From contig CAWEYL010000001.1 in the NCBI GenBank assembly GCA_963813335.1, positions 288,001 through 352,000 on the forward strand: a DNA stretch of 64,000 bases. The letters run 5' to 3'. Below the pieces are notes generated by a model that did no database searches, had not been told where the DNA came from, and saw only the letters and a list, made by a program, of their open reading frames with translations. This document shows positions 63,811-64,000 of the stretch, piece after piece. Position numbers and translations under genes: made by a program. This stretch comes from an uncultured Chloroflexia bacterium (GTDB lineage: Bacteria > Chloroflexota > Limnocylindria > Limnocylindrales > CSP1-4). Position 1 is the stretch's first letter; each line of letters opens with the position of its first letter.

Positions 63811-64000
63811 GCGCGGCGGCCCTGACCCCGGTCGTTCGTGTCGCCCCGGCCAAGCTCAACCTGACCCTCGCCGTGGTCGGGCGGCGTCGCGACGGCTTCC
63901 ACGACCTGCACTCGGTCTTCGTGCCGCTCGCCCTCGCCGACCGGCTCAGCCTCGCGCCGGCCGCGGGCGCGCACGACTCGCTGTACGCGAGCGGGTTCGA
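63807..64000 (+). CDS. ispE: 4-(CDP)-2-C-methyl-D-erythritol kinase (3' truncated by window edge)
   Basis: Manual translation APAKLNLTLAVVGRRRDGFHDLHSVF; follows rsmA. Confidence 0.9.
   Translation, partial: MSAAALTPVVRVAPAKLNLTLAVVGRRRDGFHDLHSVFVPLALADRLSLAPAAGAHDSLYASGF

Overview
High-GC bacterial core-genome window. Every real gene is on the + strand. The sequence style and gene order point to Chloroflexota, possibly a Limnocylindria/Ellin6529-like lineage (inference). Order: rpsA (partial), clpC, radA, yacL-like PIN/TRAM, ispDF, cysS, rlmB, tRNA-Thr/Tyr/Thr, tuf, rpmG, tRNA-Trp, secE, nusG, rplKAJL, rpoBC, the str/S10/spc/alpha ribosomal clusters (with a second tuf), truA, rplM, rpsI, argF, TPR protein, cdaA, cdaR, glmM, glmS, acpS, nnrD, alr, three uncharacterised genes, tsaE, tsaB, rimI, tsaD, rsmA, ispE (partial). 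I see no transposase, integrase, prophage or CRISPR array. The most notable observations are: (1) three copies of a ~120-bp hairpin element, with a conserved core and co-varying outer stems, right after rplL, rplQ and rpsI; (2) an orphan three-gene module (small helical protein, GlmL/MutL-like actin-fold protein, hybrid-motif/KOW-like protein) with no glutamate mutase beside it; (3) four single-base insertions within 3.2 kb, probably sequencing errors; (4) an H526S-equivalent substitution in RpoB and a G91S-equivalent in S12; (5) long disordered tails on several translation and transcription proteins; (6) near-identical tuf copies whose identity runs into the next gene; (7) putative leaderless micro-ORFs.
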